Positions 63,798 to 64,000 of a DNA stretch of 64,000 bases are shown here, in pieces. The stretch's first letter is position 1, and every line of letters begins with the position of its first letter. This DNA comes from Eledone cirrhosa (taxonomy: Eukaryota). Location: NCBI GenBank assembly GCA_964016885.1, contig OZ024744.1, forward strand, positions 106,144,001 to 106,208,000. The letters run 5' to 3'. The notes under the pieces were generated by a model that made no database searches, was not told the origin of the DNA, and saw nothing but the letters and a program-made list of their open reading frames with translations. The translations under genes were made by a program, and so were the position numbers.

Positions 63798-64000
63798 TAT
63801 ATATATAATTTGTACTACAATATATATATATATATATATATATACATACAACACAAGAAAGTATATAAAATAAATGTAACAAATGACTTAAATTACCAAA
63901 ATAGAATATTTCATGTATTTATAATTTGAAGATAAACAATATTATACATAAAAGTAATTCCCCCTCTCTCTTTGTCTCTCTTTTTATCTCTCTCTCTCTC

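Overview
Repeat-rich, AT-rich animal genomic DNA with spliceosomal introns; the SINE/RTE/microsatellite landscape suggests a cephalopod such as Octopus (inference only). Most entries in the supplied ORF track are artefacts of simple repeats. Two spliced minus-strand host genes are visible. One is the last two coding exons of a probable CEP104 (60784-58120). The other is the first six coding exons of an unidentified protein with a TGTSxx repeat and a coiled coil (ATG at 36904, running off the left edge). Its 22-kb intron holds a stack of Tx1/L1-like LINEs, R4/Dong-like RLE elements and SINEs separated by (AAT)n tracts. The most striking signal lies between about 30.7 and 54.4 kb: 16 hand-folded type I hammerhead-ribozyme motifs from about 7 sequence families. 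They sit in short non-coding elements inserted in (TA)n, and several of these elements are long head-to-head palindromes carrying a ribozyme on each strand (Penelope pLTR/retrozyme-like). One family has a non-canonical CAGAAGA core. Also present are two SINE-LINE shared 3' tails, a TTAA MITE that gave rise to a minisatellite, an atypical tRNA-like gene, and a duplicated terminal-exon acceptor in CEP104.
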